Below are positions 9,411 to 19,171 of a stretch of DNA of 64,000 bases, one piece after another. Source of the DNA: a bacterium (GTDB lineage: Bacteria > Hinthialibacterota > Hinthialibacteria > Hinthialibacterales > Hinthialibacteraceae). The position numbers were made by a program, and so were the translations under genes. Every line of letters begins with the position of its first letter. The stretch's first letter is position 1. The notes below the pieces were generated by a model that ran no database searches, was not told the origin of the DNA, and saw nothing but the letters and a program-made list of their open reading frames with translations. Location of the stretch: assembly GCA_963663405.2 (NCBI GenBank), contig CAXXSM010000053.1:64001-128000 (forward strand). Direction: 5' to 3'.

Positions 9411-9896
9411 CTAGGAACGCATTGCAGTCGCTTCAATAATTTTAGGATGGGAAAGAGTGATTATCACCGCGACTTGTAATGTGTTCAGTGCAATATATAA
9501 AATTGGAGACGGGATTCGTTCCGAACGGACGAACACGCTCCATGCAAGCAGCGCAACGGTGAACACCATGTCAAATCCCAATAGGGCGCGTAGAACTCTT
9601 CGCGCCCATTCCTTGTGTCGAAGCAGCCAAATCGAGCAGACAATCACTCCATTCCATAATGCAATATTATATAGATTAAGCGAAAGAAAAGAAAATGGTG
9701 TTTTGGCGATTGTTTCCAACGCTTCATACCACTCAGGATTTAATTCCGGATCAACGTGTCCAGTCACATAAGCGAGATAAGATAATAATCCCACAAAACT
9801 TTCCAATACGGCGAACGCGCCACTGAAAAAGCAGACAATCGCGATGGCGCGAATCCATAGAATCTGATCGGACGCGCCGTTCTCCTTTTCTCTCAT
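9411..9896 (-). CDS. Hypothetical membrane protein (about 4 TM segments)
   Basis: 161-aa hydrophobic ORF with a GGAGAG RBS, co-oriented with the acidic protein gene. Confidence 0.7.
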   Translation of the reverse strand: MREKENGASDQILWIRAIAIVCFFSGAFAVLESFVGLLSYLAYVTGHVDPELNPEWYEALETIAKTPFSFLSLNLYNIALWNGVIVCSIWLLRHKEWARRVLRALLGFDMVFTVALLAWSVFVRSERIPSPILYIALNTLQVAVIITLSHPKIIEATAMRS

Positions 9897-10135
9897 TCAA
9901 CTCTCTCCAAATCGTCATGTATGATGAAACCGGCGGATAGGATTATTCTACCAGAACTTGAACATATAGTATAACGACATCCCGCATGGCGCCGGTTTTT
10001 CAACCCAAACGGACGATTCTTCTACCCTGTTCAGTTTTCGGCAGAGTGAGTAAGATACCTTAATAAAGAATATCGATCTTCTTTAAAATGAGGGACAAAA
10101 TTGCATTCTAGCGCCCGGAATGCAAGAGAATATTA

Positions 10136-10798
10136 ATGAATAATCCAAATGATAACGTGAGAATCGGCTTAGCGATCACTGGCGCCAGCGGTGTGATTTA
10201 TGGTTTTCGCTTACTCGAAGAACTTCTCCGCCGTCAAGTTTTAGTGCATTTAACGATTAGCCCCACCGCCGCGCATATCGCCCAATTAGAGCTGAATCGA
10301 ACCATCGATCTGGAAACCGGCTCAATCCAAGGAATGGATGATTTGTTTCAGAAATGGGTGATTTATCATCATTTTACACACACCGGCGCCGCGCCGGCTT
10401 CGGGATCTTATCATTTAAAAGCTACCGCTATTGTTCCATGCAGTATGGGAACGATGGGCCGGATCGCGTCGGGGACATCTGAGACCCTGATTGGGCGTAT
10501 GGCCGATGTCGCCTTGAAAGAGCGGCGTCCTCTGATTATCGTCCCCCGCGAGACACCCTACAATACAATTCACTTGCGAAACATGTGCGCTTTATCGGAG
10601 TTGGGAGCGATCATTCTCCCCGCCAGTCCTGGATTGTATCATCATCCCCAATCCGTTCAGGAAATGGTTGATTTTGTCGTCGCCCGTATTTTAGATCATC
10701 TCGGTTTTGACGGACGGGATTTAGTCAAGGGGGGATGGGCGGCGATCGATCCTCTGGCGAATCAATCTCACCTGGACACTGTAAATGATACGTTTTGA
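10136..10798 (+). CDS. ubiX: Flavin prenyltransferase UbiX
   Basis: AITGASG, ASGS, PCSMGT, ADVALKERRPL, PRETP, IHLRNM, PASPGLYH. Confidence 0.93.
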   Translation: MNNPNDNVRIGLAITGASGVIYGFRLLEELLRRQVLVHLTISPTAAHIAQLELNRTIDLETGSIQGMDDLFQKWVIYHHFTHTGAAPASGSYHLKATAIVPCSMGTMGRIASGTSETLIGRMADVALKERRPLIIVPRETPYNTIHLRNMCALSELGAIILPASPGLYHHPQSVQEMVDFVVARILDHLGFDGRDLVKGGWAAIDPLANQSHLDTVNDTF

Positions 10799-11645
10799 TA
10801 GAATCCGTAATTATCTTGAACTCGTTCGTTTTTCTCACACGATCTTTGCTCTGCCCTTTATTTTGATGGGCGCGATGGTGGCCGCGCGTGGGATTCCTCG
10901 TCTGGATGTGATGGGGTGGATTCTCCTCTGCGCGGCCGCGGCCCGGACAAGCGCCATGACATTCAATCGTGTTGTGGACCGCCATATCGATAGCCTGAAT
11001 CCCAGGACAAAAGACCGTCATTTGCCTTCTGGACTCGTCAACCTGTGGGAGGCGGTTGTGATCTGGGGAGTCTCATCGCTGCTCTTCTTTTTTGGCGCTT
11101 GGATGCTCAATCCATTAGCGTTTTTTCTATCGTTTCCCACGCTGGTCATTCTCTGCGGGTATTCCTTTTGGAAGCGATTTTCCTGCTTATCCCATTTTGT
11201 CTTAGGCTTGTCACTCGGTATCGCTCCAGTAGGCGCGTGGATTGCAGTCAGGGGAACGCTCGATCCTGAGATCCTTCCATTAATGGTATCGGTGCTTTTT
11301 TGGGTGGCGGGTTTTGATATTATCTACGCGCTGCTGGATGAAGAATTTGACCGCCGATTGGGATTGCATTCAATCGTCGTACGATTCGGAAAGATTCGGG
11401 CGCTCCAAATCGCTTTTGCGCTGCATGGAATTAGTGTAATATTCGCGGCTCTCTTTGGATGGACGGCGCAATTGGGATGGATTTATTATCTTGGCACGGC
11501 GGCCTTTGCTGGATTGATTTTATACGAACATAGCCTTGTCAGTCCCCAGGATATAACGCGGGTGAATATTGCGTTTTTTACAGTAAACGGTGTGATCAGC
11601 GCCGGTCTTTTTCTTTGCGCCGCCACTGACTTGCTTCTTTTTTAA
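10785..11645 (+). CDS. ubiA: UbiA-family prenyltransferase (MqnP-like, futalosine pathway type)
   Basis: HTIFALPF, ARTSAMTFNRVVDRHID..NPRT..R.LP, GFDIIYALLD.EFD. Overlaps the end of ubiX. Confidence 0.88.
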   Translation: MIRFDRIRNYLELVRFSHTIFALPFILMGAMVAARGIPRLDVMGWILLCAAAARTSAMTFNRVVDRHIDSLNPRTKDRHLPSGLVNLWEAVVIWGVSSLLFFFGAWMLNPLAFFLSFPTLVILCGYSFWKRFSCLSHFVLGLSLGIAPVGAWIAVRGTLDPEILPLMVSVLFWVAGFDIIYALLDEEFDRRLGLHSIVVRFGKIRALQIAFALHGISVIFAALFGWTAQLGWIYYLGTAAFAGLILYEHSLVSPQDITRVNIAFFTVNGVISAGLFLCAATDLLLF

Positions 11646-11755
11646 GAAACCGATAGGAGTGGATTTAATCATACTCCATATTATTATTTACCATACCAGC
11701 TAATATTTTCGCTTAATTGTATAGGGAATAGTACACGAACGATGGGGAAGCGAAA

Positions 11756-13210
11756 TCACTTGTGAATTGGCCAGGAGGAGACATTTGTATCTGGCTTTGT
11801 AAAAGGCGCGTAATAAGTGGGAAGCCAGGTTGAAAGTTCTTGTTTTACCTCTGTGTATTCTGGCTGATCCGCTAAATTCGTCCATTCATTTGGATCATTG
11901 TCATGATCGTATAACTCTTCCGTTCCATCTTTATATCGAATGTATCGCCAACGTTCCGATCTTACGCTTTCATTCTTATACTGACAACTCGTCAAGGCCG
12001 GCCTATCCCATTTTGCTGTTGGATCGTTCAATAAGGGTACAAGGCTGACTCCCTCGAATTCTGGTAGCGTGTCTAAACCGCAGAGTTCAGCCAGTGTTGG
12101 GTAAATATCGAGGTGACTCACAGTGCGTTCGCATATAACACCTTTATGGATCGAATCTGGTATTGACACAATGAGAGGGACATGCGTTGCTTCTTCCCAT
12201 AGACAATTTTTGTGTATACGTAACTTTTCCCCCATATGAAAGCCATGGTCCGATGTATACACAATGATCGTATTATTAGCGAAAGGGCTTGCGTCTAAAG
12301 TGTCTAAGATCTTCCCAATTAACGAATCGTTATAAGTAATGGAAGCTAAATAGGCGGAAACAAGGTCTCCCCACTTATTGTTTTCGAACACTTTTGTAAA
12401 GGTTTCACAAGGGCCCTTGAGAAACATTTGCGCGCCGGTAGGCAGATCCTCTAAATCATTTTCACATATCGCCGGAAGAGTTATTTCATCAGGAGGATAT
12501 AGATCCTTATATTTTTTGGGCACATACAAAGGAGCGTGTGTGCGAGTTAAACCGCATGCTAGAAAAAAAGGTTTATCTACTTGCGCTGTGTTTAGAAAAT
12601 CACATACCAATTTACACCTATTACTATCGGGAAATTCCTCATCAGGTTTATCGATGGGAGCCCAATCCAAATCGAGATCTTCAATACCACAAGCTGGTAT
12701 TTGATCAGGTTTCGGATTTCCTAAACCACCCCCATCATATTCATTCCAGTTTTGTTCATCGCGGTTTATGACGCCAATTTCATGACTAGATTGATCATGA
12801 AAGACTTTTCCTATACCTCTGGCATAGTATCCATTATTTTTGAAATTATGAGGAATTGTTATTGCGTTGGGTAGATAATTCCTCCAATCTGCATGCTTAT
12901 TATTGTAAACACCGGAAGTTGTTGGCCGAATGCCAGTCAGCAGGCTCGTTCGCGAAGGATTGCATATTGCTCCTGAAGAATAGGCGCGGTTGAATAAAAT
13001 CCCACGGTTCGCTAGCCGGTCGAAGTTTGGAGTAATGACATCGGGATGTCCTTCCATGCAGCCAATCCAATCATTCGTATCATCAGCAATGATAAATAAA
13101 ACATTGGGGGGGCTTTCACTGGCTCGTGTTAGTTTTGATGGAATATTCATGGATGAAAAGACTGCAATATTCGTGAATGTTTGTTTTATAAAAGTTCTTC
13201 GATTTAGCAT
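11756..13210 (-). CDS. Tat-exported sulfatase (iduronate-2-/choline-sulfatase-like)
   Basis: NRRTFIK Tat motif, PNVLFIIADD, CNPSR formylglycine motif, GKVFH, SDHG, ELYD...DP.EW.NLA. Confidence 0.92.
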   Translation of the reverse strand: MLNRRTFIKQTFTNIAVFSSMNIPSKLTRASESPPNVLFIIADDTNDWIGCMEGHPDVITPNFDRLANRGILFNRAYSSGAICNPSRTSLLTGIRPTTSGVYNNKHADWRNYLPNAITIPHNFKNNGYYARGIGKVFHDQSSHEIGVINRDEQNWNEYDGGGLGNPKPDQIPACGIEDLDLDWAPIDKPDEEFPDSNRCKLVCDFLNTAQVDKPFFLACGLTRTHAPLYVPKKYKDLYPPDEITLPAICENDLEDLPTGAQMFLKGPCETFTKVFENNKWGDLVSAYLASITYNDSLIGKILDTLDASPFANNTIIVYTSDHGFHMGEKLRIHKNCLWEEATHVPLIVSIPDSIHKGVICERTVSHLDIYPTLAELCGLDTLPEFEGVSLVPLLNDPTAKWDRPALTSCQYKNESVRSERWRYIRYKDGTEELYDHDNDPNEWTNLADQPEYTEVKQELSTWLPTYYAPFTKPDTNVSSWPIHK

Positions 13211-13566
13211 CTTTTCGATTATCCTTTCAAATATATCTTAATTTTTTATGAAATATGTTATAGTTGTTATTATTTAATGTCAAGCTAAATTCGTATTAAT
13301 GCGATAGTATGATTCATTGTTGGATTATTTTGTTCCTATCCGCGCCAATATCCATTCAAATCCATAACTAAATATTTAATCATTGAAGGAAGGAGATTTT
13401 GGGAAGAAAAAATGAAAAAAAATAATCAAAATAAAACGATGAAGAGAGGCTATATTTTTCGTTATGAAATGGACAATATAGGAGGAGAGTGGATTTAGAT
13501 GGAATAAATAGTGAATTGAAGATCTGTAAAAATGATGATAGTTTTTAAATAGGAGATGGTTTTACA

Positions 13567-14124
13567 ATGTTAAAACAAAGACACGGATTTACATTAATCG
13601 AACTGCTCATCGTTGTGGCTATTATTGGAATTCTTGCGGCCATCGCCGTTCCGAATTTTTTAAACGCCCAGATCCGCGCCAAAGTGTCCCGCACCTATGC
13701 GGATGAAACCGCTCTCTCGACGGCGATTGAAATGTACAATCTGGATAACGGCGCGTATCCACCCGAAGATTTTGAAGGAAGCGAAGTGCGGAATTTTACG
13801 AAACTGGTCCGCCTGACAACGCCAATCGCCTATATGAGCAGCATCCCCGGCGATCCATTTAACCAACTCAGCGATTCCGTCGTCTTTAATGAACCACCCA
13901 TCCCCTACGCCACGTATCACTACACAAGCAAGAATGACAGCCGCAATTCTCCGAATCCTAGCTGGTGGGGGCCGTATTCATGGAACTTAATGGGATACGG
14001 ACCCGACCGCGATCCCTCCTCGTACCAATCCCTTGATTACGATTCTACGAATGGTCTCGTGAGCCTTGGAAATATTCTTCTCTGGGGGTCGGGAAACAGC
14101 CGCCTCCCTCCTTGGAAAATCTAA
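13567..14124 (+). CDS. Prepilin-type N-terminal cleavage/methylation protein (pseudopilin-like)
   Basis: G|FTLIELLIVVAIIGILAAIAVP class III signal with E5. Confidence 0.9.
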   Translation: MLKQRHGFTLIELLIVVAIIGILAAIAVPNFLNAQIRAKVSRTYADETALSTAIEMYNLDNGAYPPEDFEGSEVRNFTKLVRLTTPIAYMSSIPGDPFNQLSDSVVFNEPPIPYATYHYTSKNDSRNSPNPSWWGPYSWNLMGYGPDRDPSSYQSLDYDSTNGLVSLGNILLWGSGNSRLPPWKI

Positions 14125-14201
14125 AGAAATAACCACCGCGCATGGCTGGAGACTTTCCGGTTAGATTGATCTAGGATAGGGAAAAGTAAAGGAGTTATCA
14201 A

Positions 14202-15506
14202 ATGAATCTGTCAAAACAATCATCCAAATCAATCAATATCGACCGCCGTCAATTTAATAGAAATCTTGCCTCCTATTCGGCTGCTCTTGGTTTGAGCGCG
14301 CAATCAATGAAACAAGCGCTGGGCTCCAACGAGCAAATCAACGTTGGCGTCATCGGTTGTGGCGGCCGTGCGGGATCTCATATCGGGATGCTCATGAAGT
14401 TTAAAGAACAGGGAATGCGTCTCGATATTGTGGCCTTGTGCGACACCTACCGCCCACGTTTAATGAAAACCGCCGAACGAACGAAAGCCTCCTTCACAAC
14501 TATGCGTCACGAAGAACTGCTCGCTCGTCCGGACGTCGATCTCGTTCTGATCGCCACACCGGAACATTGGCACGGTTACCAAACCCTCGACGCGCTAAAC
14601 GCTGGTAAGGATATCTATGTCGAAAAGCCTCTCACGCATTGGCGGCAACTCGGTTTGGGAGAGAAAATCGCCAAAACGGTCAAAGAGACGGGACGCATCG
14701 TGCAAGTCGGCAGTCAGCGTATGTCTTCCTCTGCGTACACACAGGCCCGCGCCCTCGTTCAGAAAGGGATGATTGGCAAACCCGTCATGGCGGAAACCGG
14801 CTATTTCCGTTTTGGGGATTGGGGAGAGCGGGGCATGCGCGTCGATGATCCCAACGCCAAACCGGGGCCGGAACTGGATTGGGATCGCTTTCAGGGCGAC
14901 TGCCCGCGGCGTGAGTTCAATGTCAGCCGCTATTTCCGTTGGCGTATGTACGCCGATACCGCCGGAGGTCCGATTTCGGATAACTATATCCATTTCTACA
15001 ATCCACTCGCGTATGTCCTTGATCTCGGCTACCCCGATAAAGTCGCTGGATTGGGGGGAATCTACCGCTATACGATCGAGGAAGCCCCCGATCCCATTTA
15101 TGGCGAGGAACGGGACATCCCCGATACGTGTAATTTGGTCATCGAGTATCCAGACCAACTCACCGTTACCTGCGTCGGCACGCAAGCCAACGCCTATACT
15201 ACATATGGCAGCAACGAAACCCCCATTATTCGCGGGTGGGATGGAACTTTATTAATCGGTGAATCGGATATCGTGGTTCTCCGCTCGGATAACAGCAAAG
15301 AAATCCACCGCGAACCCATCCAATCGGGCGTCGATCAGATGAAATTCTGGTCGGATTTCCTTCACTGCTGCCGAACCCGGACACAACCGCTCTCTAACGC
15401 GCAGCTGAGCGCTCCCGTCAATACTACTATGCAGATGGGAGTTCTGGCTGTCCGGGGGGAACGGGTCGTCCGTTTCGATCATGAAAACCAAAAAGTTATT
15501 GTGTAG
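14202..15506 (+). CDS. Tat-exported Gfo/Idh/MocA family oxidoreductase
   Basis: DRRQF Tat motif, GVIGCGGR, ATPEHWH, IYVEKP, QVGSQ. Confidence 0.9.
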   Translation: MNLSKQSSKSINIDRRQFNRNLASYSAALGLSAQSMKQALGSNEQINVGVIGCGGRAGSHIGMLMKFKEQGMRLDIVALCDTYRPRLMKTAERTKASFTTMRHEELLARPDVDLVLIATPEHWHGYQTLDALNAGKDIYVEKPLTHWRQLGLGEKIAKTVKETGRIVQVGSQRMSSSAYTQARALVQKGMIGKPVMAETGYFRFGDWGERGMRVDDPNAKPGPELDWDRFQGDCPRREFNVSRYFRWRMYADTAGGPISDNYIHFYNPLAYVLDLGYPDKVAGLGGIYRYTIEEAPDPIYGEERDIPDTCNLVIEYPDQLTVTCVGTQANAYTTYGSNETPIIRGWDGTLLIGESDIVVLRSDNSKEIHREPIQSGVDQMKFWSDFLHCCRTRTQPLSNAQLSAPVNTTMQMGVLAVRGERVVRFDHENQKVIV

Positions 15507-15557
15507 GCTATGATTGAATGTAAGTTTTGATATAAACCAAGAAAGGAAAACAGACAT

Positions 15558-17093
15558 ATGCTAGATCGTTATATTGGATTTAGGACGAGTATCTTAATTT
15601 ACCCTCTCCTATTCATTCTTACTATTTCCACAATTAGCCACGCTGAGCAAGAAGAGAGCCGCTGGGAAGAAACAATTCAAGCCTTTGAAGAAAAAGACAA
15701 AGAAAATCCACCCCCCCAAGGAGCCGTTCTCTTTATCGGTTCTTCCTCTATTCGAGGCTGGGATTTGGTGGAGAGTTTTCCTGGTTTGCCTGCGATCAAC
15801 CGGGGATTTGGCGGTTCTCACGTCTCCGATAGTGTGGAATTCGCCCATCGAATCGCGATCCCCTATAAACCAAAGACAGTTGTTCTTTACGCTGGGGATA
15901 ATGATATCGCTTCCGGGAAAACACCCGAAACGGTATTAAATGATTTTAAAGCCTTTGTCAAAATCATTCACAGCAGCCTGCCTACAACGCGTATCGTTTT
16001 CGTCCCTATCAAACCTAGTATTAGCCGCTGGAACCTTATCGGGGAAATGCGTAAAGCGAACGCGATGATCCGAGAAGTTTGTGAACAGGATCAACGCCTT
16101 CAATACGTCGATATCGACACGCCCATGATCGGCCCCGATGGCAGGCCACGCGTTGAACTCTTCAAAGATGATGGGCTGCACTTGAATAAAGAGGGATATA
16201 AATTGTGGAGCGCGCTTGTCTATCCCTATCTTGAAACGAGCGTTCCCAAAGAAGAAGGTAAAATCCTCGTCGCGACATGTCAGTTTCCCGTCTCCAGCAA
16301 AATTTCGATGAACGCGGCCTGGATTCGTAAACAGATGCGCGACGCGAAAGAAAGCCAAGCGGATATCGTCCATTTTTCCGAAGTGGCTCTATCCGGTTAT
16401 GCGGGTGTAGACCGTGAAAGCATGGACGATTACAACTGGAAGGAACACGCCGCCGAACTCGATTCGATTCGAGCGCTTGCGAAAGAACTGCGCCTCTGGG
16501 TGGTTCTCGGCGCCGTCCATCGGCTCACAGAACCGAACAAACCTCACAATTCACTTTATGTGATTAATCCGCAGGGAAAAATCATCGACCGTTACGACAA
16601 ACGGTTCTGCACGGGCGGCGATCTGAAACATTTCTCGCCCGGCGATCATTTCGTCACGTTTGATGTGAATGGAGCGCGCTGCGGGCTTTTAATCTGTTAT
16701 GACATCCGCTTTCCGGAATTATACCGGCAGTACAACAAACTTGGTGTCCGTCTGATGTTCCATTCTTTCCACAACGCGCGTCAGAAGGAAGGCTCCATCC
16801 ATCCCAAAATCATGCCTCCCACCGCCCAAGCCCGTGCGGCTTCGAACAATATGTTCATCTCCATGAACAATTCCTGCGCCCCCCGTAGTTGGCAAAGCCT
16901 TTTCATTACCCCAGACGGCCTAATCCAAGAACGCTTGCCTCTCGATCAACCAGGAGTGATGATCAATCTCGTCGATGTTAACAAAAAATATTACGACGCG
17001 AGCCGCCCCTACCGCATAGATTGCATCGATGGAAAATGGAACAGCGGAGAGGTTGTAGACGATCCCCGGTCGAAGGATAGACAAAGTTATTAA
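15558..17093 (+). CDS. Exported SGNH/GDSL hydrolase fused to a carbon-nitrogen hydrolase (nitrilase family) domain
   Basis: Signal peptide. SGNH blocks IGSSS, RGFGG, YAGDND, DGLH. Nitrilase triad in FSEVALSGY, YDKRF and ICYDIRFPE. Confidence 0.88.
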   Translation: MLDRYIGFRTSILIYPLLFILTISTISHAEQEESRWEETIQAFEEKDKENPPPQGAVLFIGSSSIRGWDLVESFPGLPAINRGFGGSHVSDSVEFAHRIAIPYKPKTVVLYAGDNDIASGKTPETVLNDFKAFVKIIHSSLPTTRIVFVPIKPSISRWNLIGEMRKANAMIREVCEQDQRLQYVDIDTPMIGPDGRPRVELFKDDGLHLNKEGYKLWSALVYPYLETSVPKEEGKILVATCQFPVSSKISMNAAWIRKQMRDAKESQADIVHFSEVALSGYAGVDRESMDDYNWKEHAAELDSIRALAKELRLWVVLGAVHRLTEPNKPHNSLYVINPQGKIIDRYDKRFCTGGDLKHFSPGDHFVTFDVNGARCGLLICYDIRFPELYRQYNKLGVRLMFHSFHNARQKEGSIHPKIMPPTAQARAASNNMFISMNNSCAPRSWQSLFITPDGLIQERLPLDQPGVMINLVDVNKKYYDASRPYRIDCIDGKWNSGEVVDDPRSKDRQSY

Positions 17094-17115
17094 TGGAGCG
17101 CGGGCGTCCCGCCCG
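17091..17115 (+). repeat. REP-like palindrome, GGAG-foot class, copy 1
   Basis: TAATGGAGCGCGGGCGTCCCGCCCG, identical to 52242-52266. Confidence 0.85.
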
Positions 17116-17163
17116 TGAATTATTAAACTCAACATTGTAAGGCAAAAGCGCAACGCAGATCGA

Positions 17164-17390
17164 GTAGAGTGGGCTAAATGCGAAGCGTAGGGCGCCATGT
17201 GTAAGTTTATCAGAAGAGATAATATAGAATCAAAGAAGAAAAGTCATTTTGCGTTTCGCTTATAACATTTCTGTAAGTTAAAATAAATATACGGATTGCA
17301 TAATAGGATATGAAGGAAGTTCAAAGATAGATGAGGAATGTAAGTTTTCCGAACGTAGTGGTGGGCTACGCTTCGCTCTTAGCCCTACAG
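17164..17390. repeat. Inverted pair of GTAG-foot REP-like elements (REPIN/MITE-like)
   Basis: GGGCTAAATGCGAAGCGTAG (17171-17190) matches the reverse complement of 17366-17385 at 18 of 20 positions. On the minus strand the right copy reads GTAGGGCTA-loop-TAGCCC. Confidence 0.65.
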
Positions 17391-17436
17391 AACTTCGCAA
17401 TTTCTCTTTGTTTTCACAAGGGAATGGAGATGTCCC

Positions 17437-17844
17437 ATGAAGGGTCAACGGTTTAAGGTTGTGAATATCCCTTGGAAATGCGAAGTATCACATCAGTCAT
17501 CAATTGAATTGGAAACTGCAAATGGACAACGATTTACATGTTTCAATGATGGATACGATTGTAAAATTGGTAAGTTTATCACAGTTCATTATTTTGGTTA
17601 TTTTGATGAAACGAGGGATTTCGATACATATTTTAAATCCAATCCAAAACAAGAGAAATCAATTGTGCAGACGGCCGAATGGGACTACGATTTTAAAGGA
17701 CAAATTATTGAACTTGAAAAGGATACCACATGGGTTGATTGTGGAGGAGTTATTATTCCCATTGAGTATCTAACTCACGATAAAAGAGTGATTGGAGATT
17801 GGGTAGGCTTTTCGGTTAGCAGACTGGAAATTGAAGCGGATTAA
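17437..17844 (+). CDS. Hypothetical protein, AT-rich
   Basis: 135-aa ORF with a GGAG RBS and no recognised motif. Confidence 0.7.
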   Translation: MKGQRFKVVNIPWKCEVSHQSSIELETANGQRFTCFNDGYDCKIGKFITVHYFGYFDETRDFDTYFKSNPKQEKSIVQTAEWDYDFKGQIIELEKDTTWVDCGGVIIPIEYLTHDKRVIGDWVGFSVSRLEIEAD

Positions 17845-17866
17845 ACCTTAATAAACTGCAAAAATA

Positions 17867-19171
17867 GTGAACGCATCAACAAAAAACCATCCCACCGTCC
17901 TCATCCACACCCTCGGCTGCAAGGTCAATCAATACGATTCTGAGCGGTTGCGGACGTTGTTGCGCAAACAAGGCTGCCGGACTTATGTGAATTCAAACGC
18001 GGCGTCTCCAGACTTGATTGTGATTAACACCTGTTCGGTTACAGCGGAGAGCGACCGGAAGGGGCGTCAGTTGATCCGGAAATTGATCCGCCAGCATCCT
18101 CATGCGAGAGTGGTGGTAACGGGGTGTTATTCCGAACGGAAGCCGGATCTGCTCGCCAAGATCCCCGGTGTGGATGAAATTGTTCCCATTGAAGAACAGG
18201 AACGGTGGGCTGAACGGCTGCCGGAAACGCTTGGTTGGGAAATCCGCCCGGATACACTGTGGGAATCCACCGTGGGGATCGATGCGTTTCAAGAACATAC
18301 CCGCGCGTTCGTCAAGATCCAGGATGGATGCGATTTGAGATGCACGTTCTGCAGTATCCCCTACAGCCGGGGCCAATCGCGCAGCCGTCCGATTCCCGAA
18401 ATCATAGAAGAATGCCGGAATCTTGTCTATAACGGCTATCCCGAAATCGTGCTCTGCGGCGTCTGTATCGGCCAATATGGAAAGGGTGAGGATTTTGACG
18501 TCCCCCAGCTAATCGATGAAATCGCGCCAATTGAAGGTCTCGCGCGCTTGCGTATTTCTTCTTACGAACCACAGGATCTATCAAACGAACTGTTGGATAC
18601 AATGGCGCGTTGGAATAAGATTGTCTGCCCCCATCTTCATCTTCCCCTCCAAAGTGGATCGAACCGGATCCTGCGCCGCATGAAACGCCCGTATACGTTT
18701 GAATTTTTCCACGAATGGGTGGAACAAGCGCGTCAGACGCTGCCGAATTTCGAAGTAACCACCGATATCATGACCGGCTTTCCGGGAGAGATGACCACTG
18801 ATTTCGAACTTTCATTGGAAGCAGTGCGGCTCTGCCGGTTTACTAAGGTACATTCGTTCCGGTTCTCGGTTCGGGAAGGAGTTCCGGCGGCGCGGATGAA
18901 AGACAAACTCCCGCCTTCCATTATCGAAGAACGCCGCCGCGAATTGGACCGGCTCGCGGCGAAAACAGCGGAGGAAGTGAAACAGAGTTATATCGGTCAT
19001 ATCTTGCCCGTCTTGGTTGAAACTATCGAAGACGATCGAGCCACTGGTTTCACGTCAAATTACCTGAGAGCAGTGTTCTCTCCCCCTAAGAACATAAAGC
19101 AAAAAGACATCGTAATCGTACGAATCAATAGGGTAGAGAAGGGGGAATTGATAGGAACGCTCGATTCATAG
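17867..19171 (+). CDS. mtaB: tRNA methylthiotransferase MtaB (radical SAM)
   Basis: TLGCKVNQYD, INTCSVT, VTGCY, RAFVKIQDGCDLRCTFC, HLHLPLQSGS, TDIMTGFPGE and a C-terminal TRAM-like GFTSNY. Confidence 0.93.
   Translation: MNASTKNHPTVLIHTLGCKVNQYDSERLRTLLRKQGCRTYVNSNAASPDLIVINTCSVTAESDRKGRQLIRKLIRQHPHARVVVTGCYSERKPDLLAKIPGVDEIVPIEEQERWAERLPETLGWEIRPDTLWESTVGIDAFQEHTRAFVKIQDGCDLRCTFCSIPYSRGQSRSRPIPEIIEECRNLVYNGYPEIVLCGVCIGQYGKGEDFDVPQLIDEIAPIEGLARLRISSYEPQDLSNELLDTMARWNKIVCPHLHLPLQSGSNRILRRMKRPYTFEFFHEWVEQARQTLPNFEVTTDIMTGFPGEMTTDFELSLEAVRLCRFTKVHSFRFSVREGVPAARMKDKLPPSIIEERRRELDRLAAKTAEEVKQSYIGHILPVLVETIEDDRATGFTSNYLRAVFSPPKNIKQKDIVIVRINRVEKGELIGTLDS

Noticed and set aside
11657-13497. 11-bp direct repeat GAGTGGATTTA flanking the AT-rich sulfatase gene (11657-11667 and 13487-13497)
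   Set aside because: It is short enough to arise by chance, and no integrase or inverted ends accompany it.
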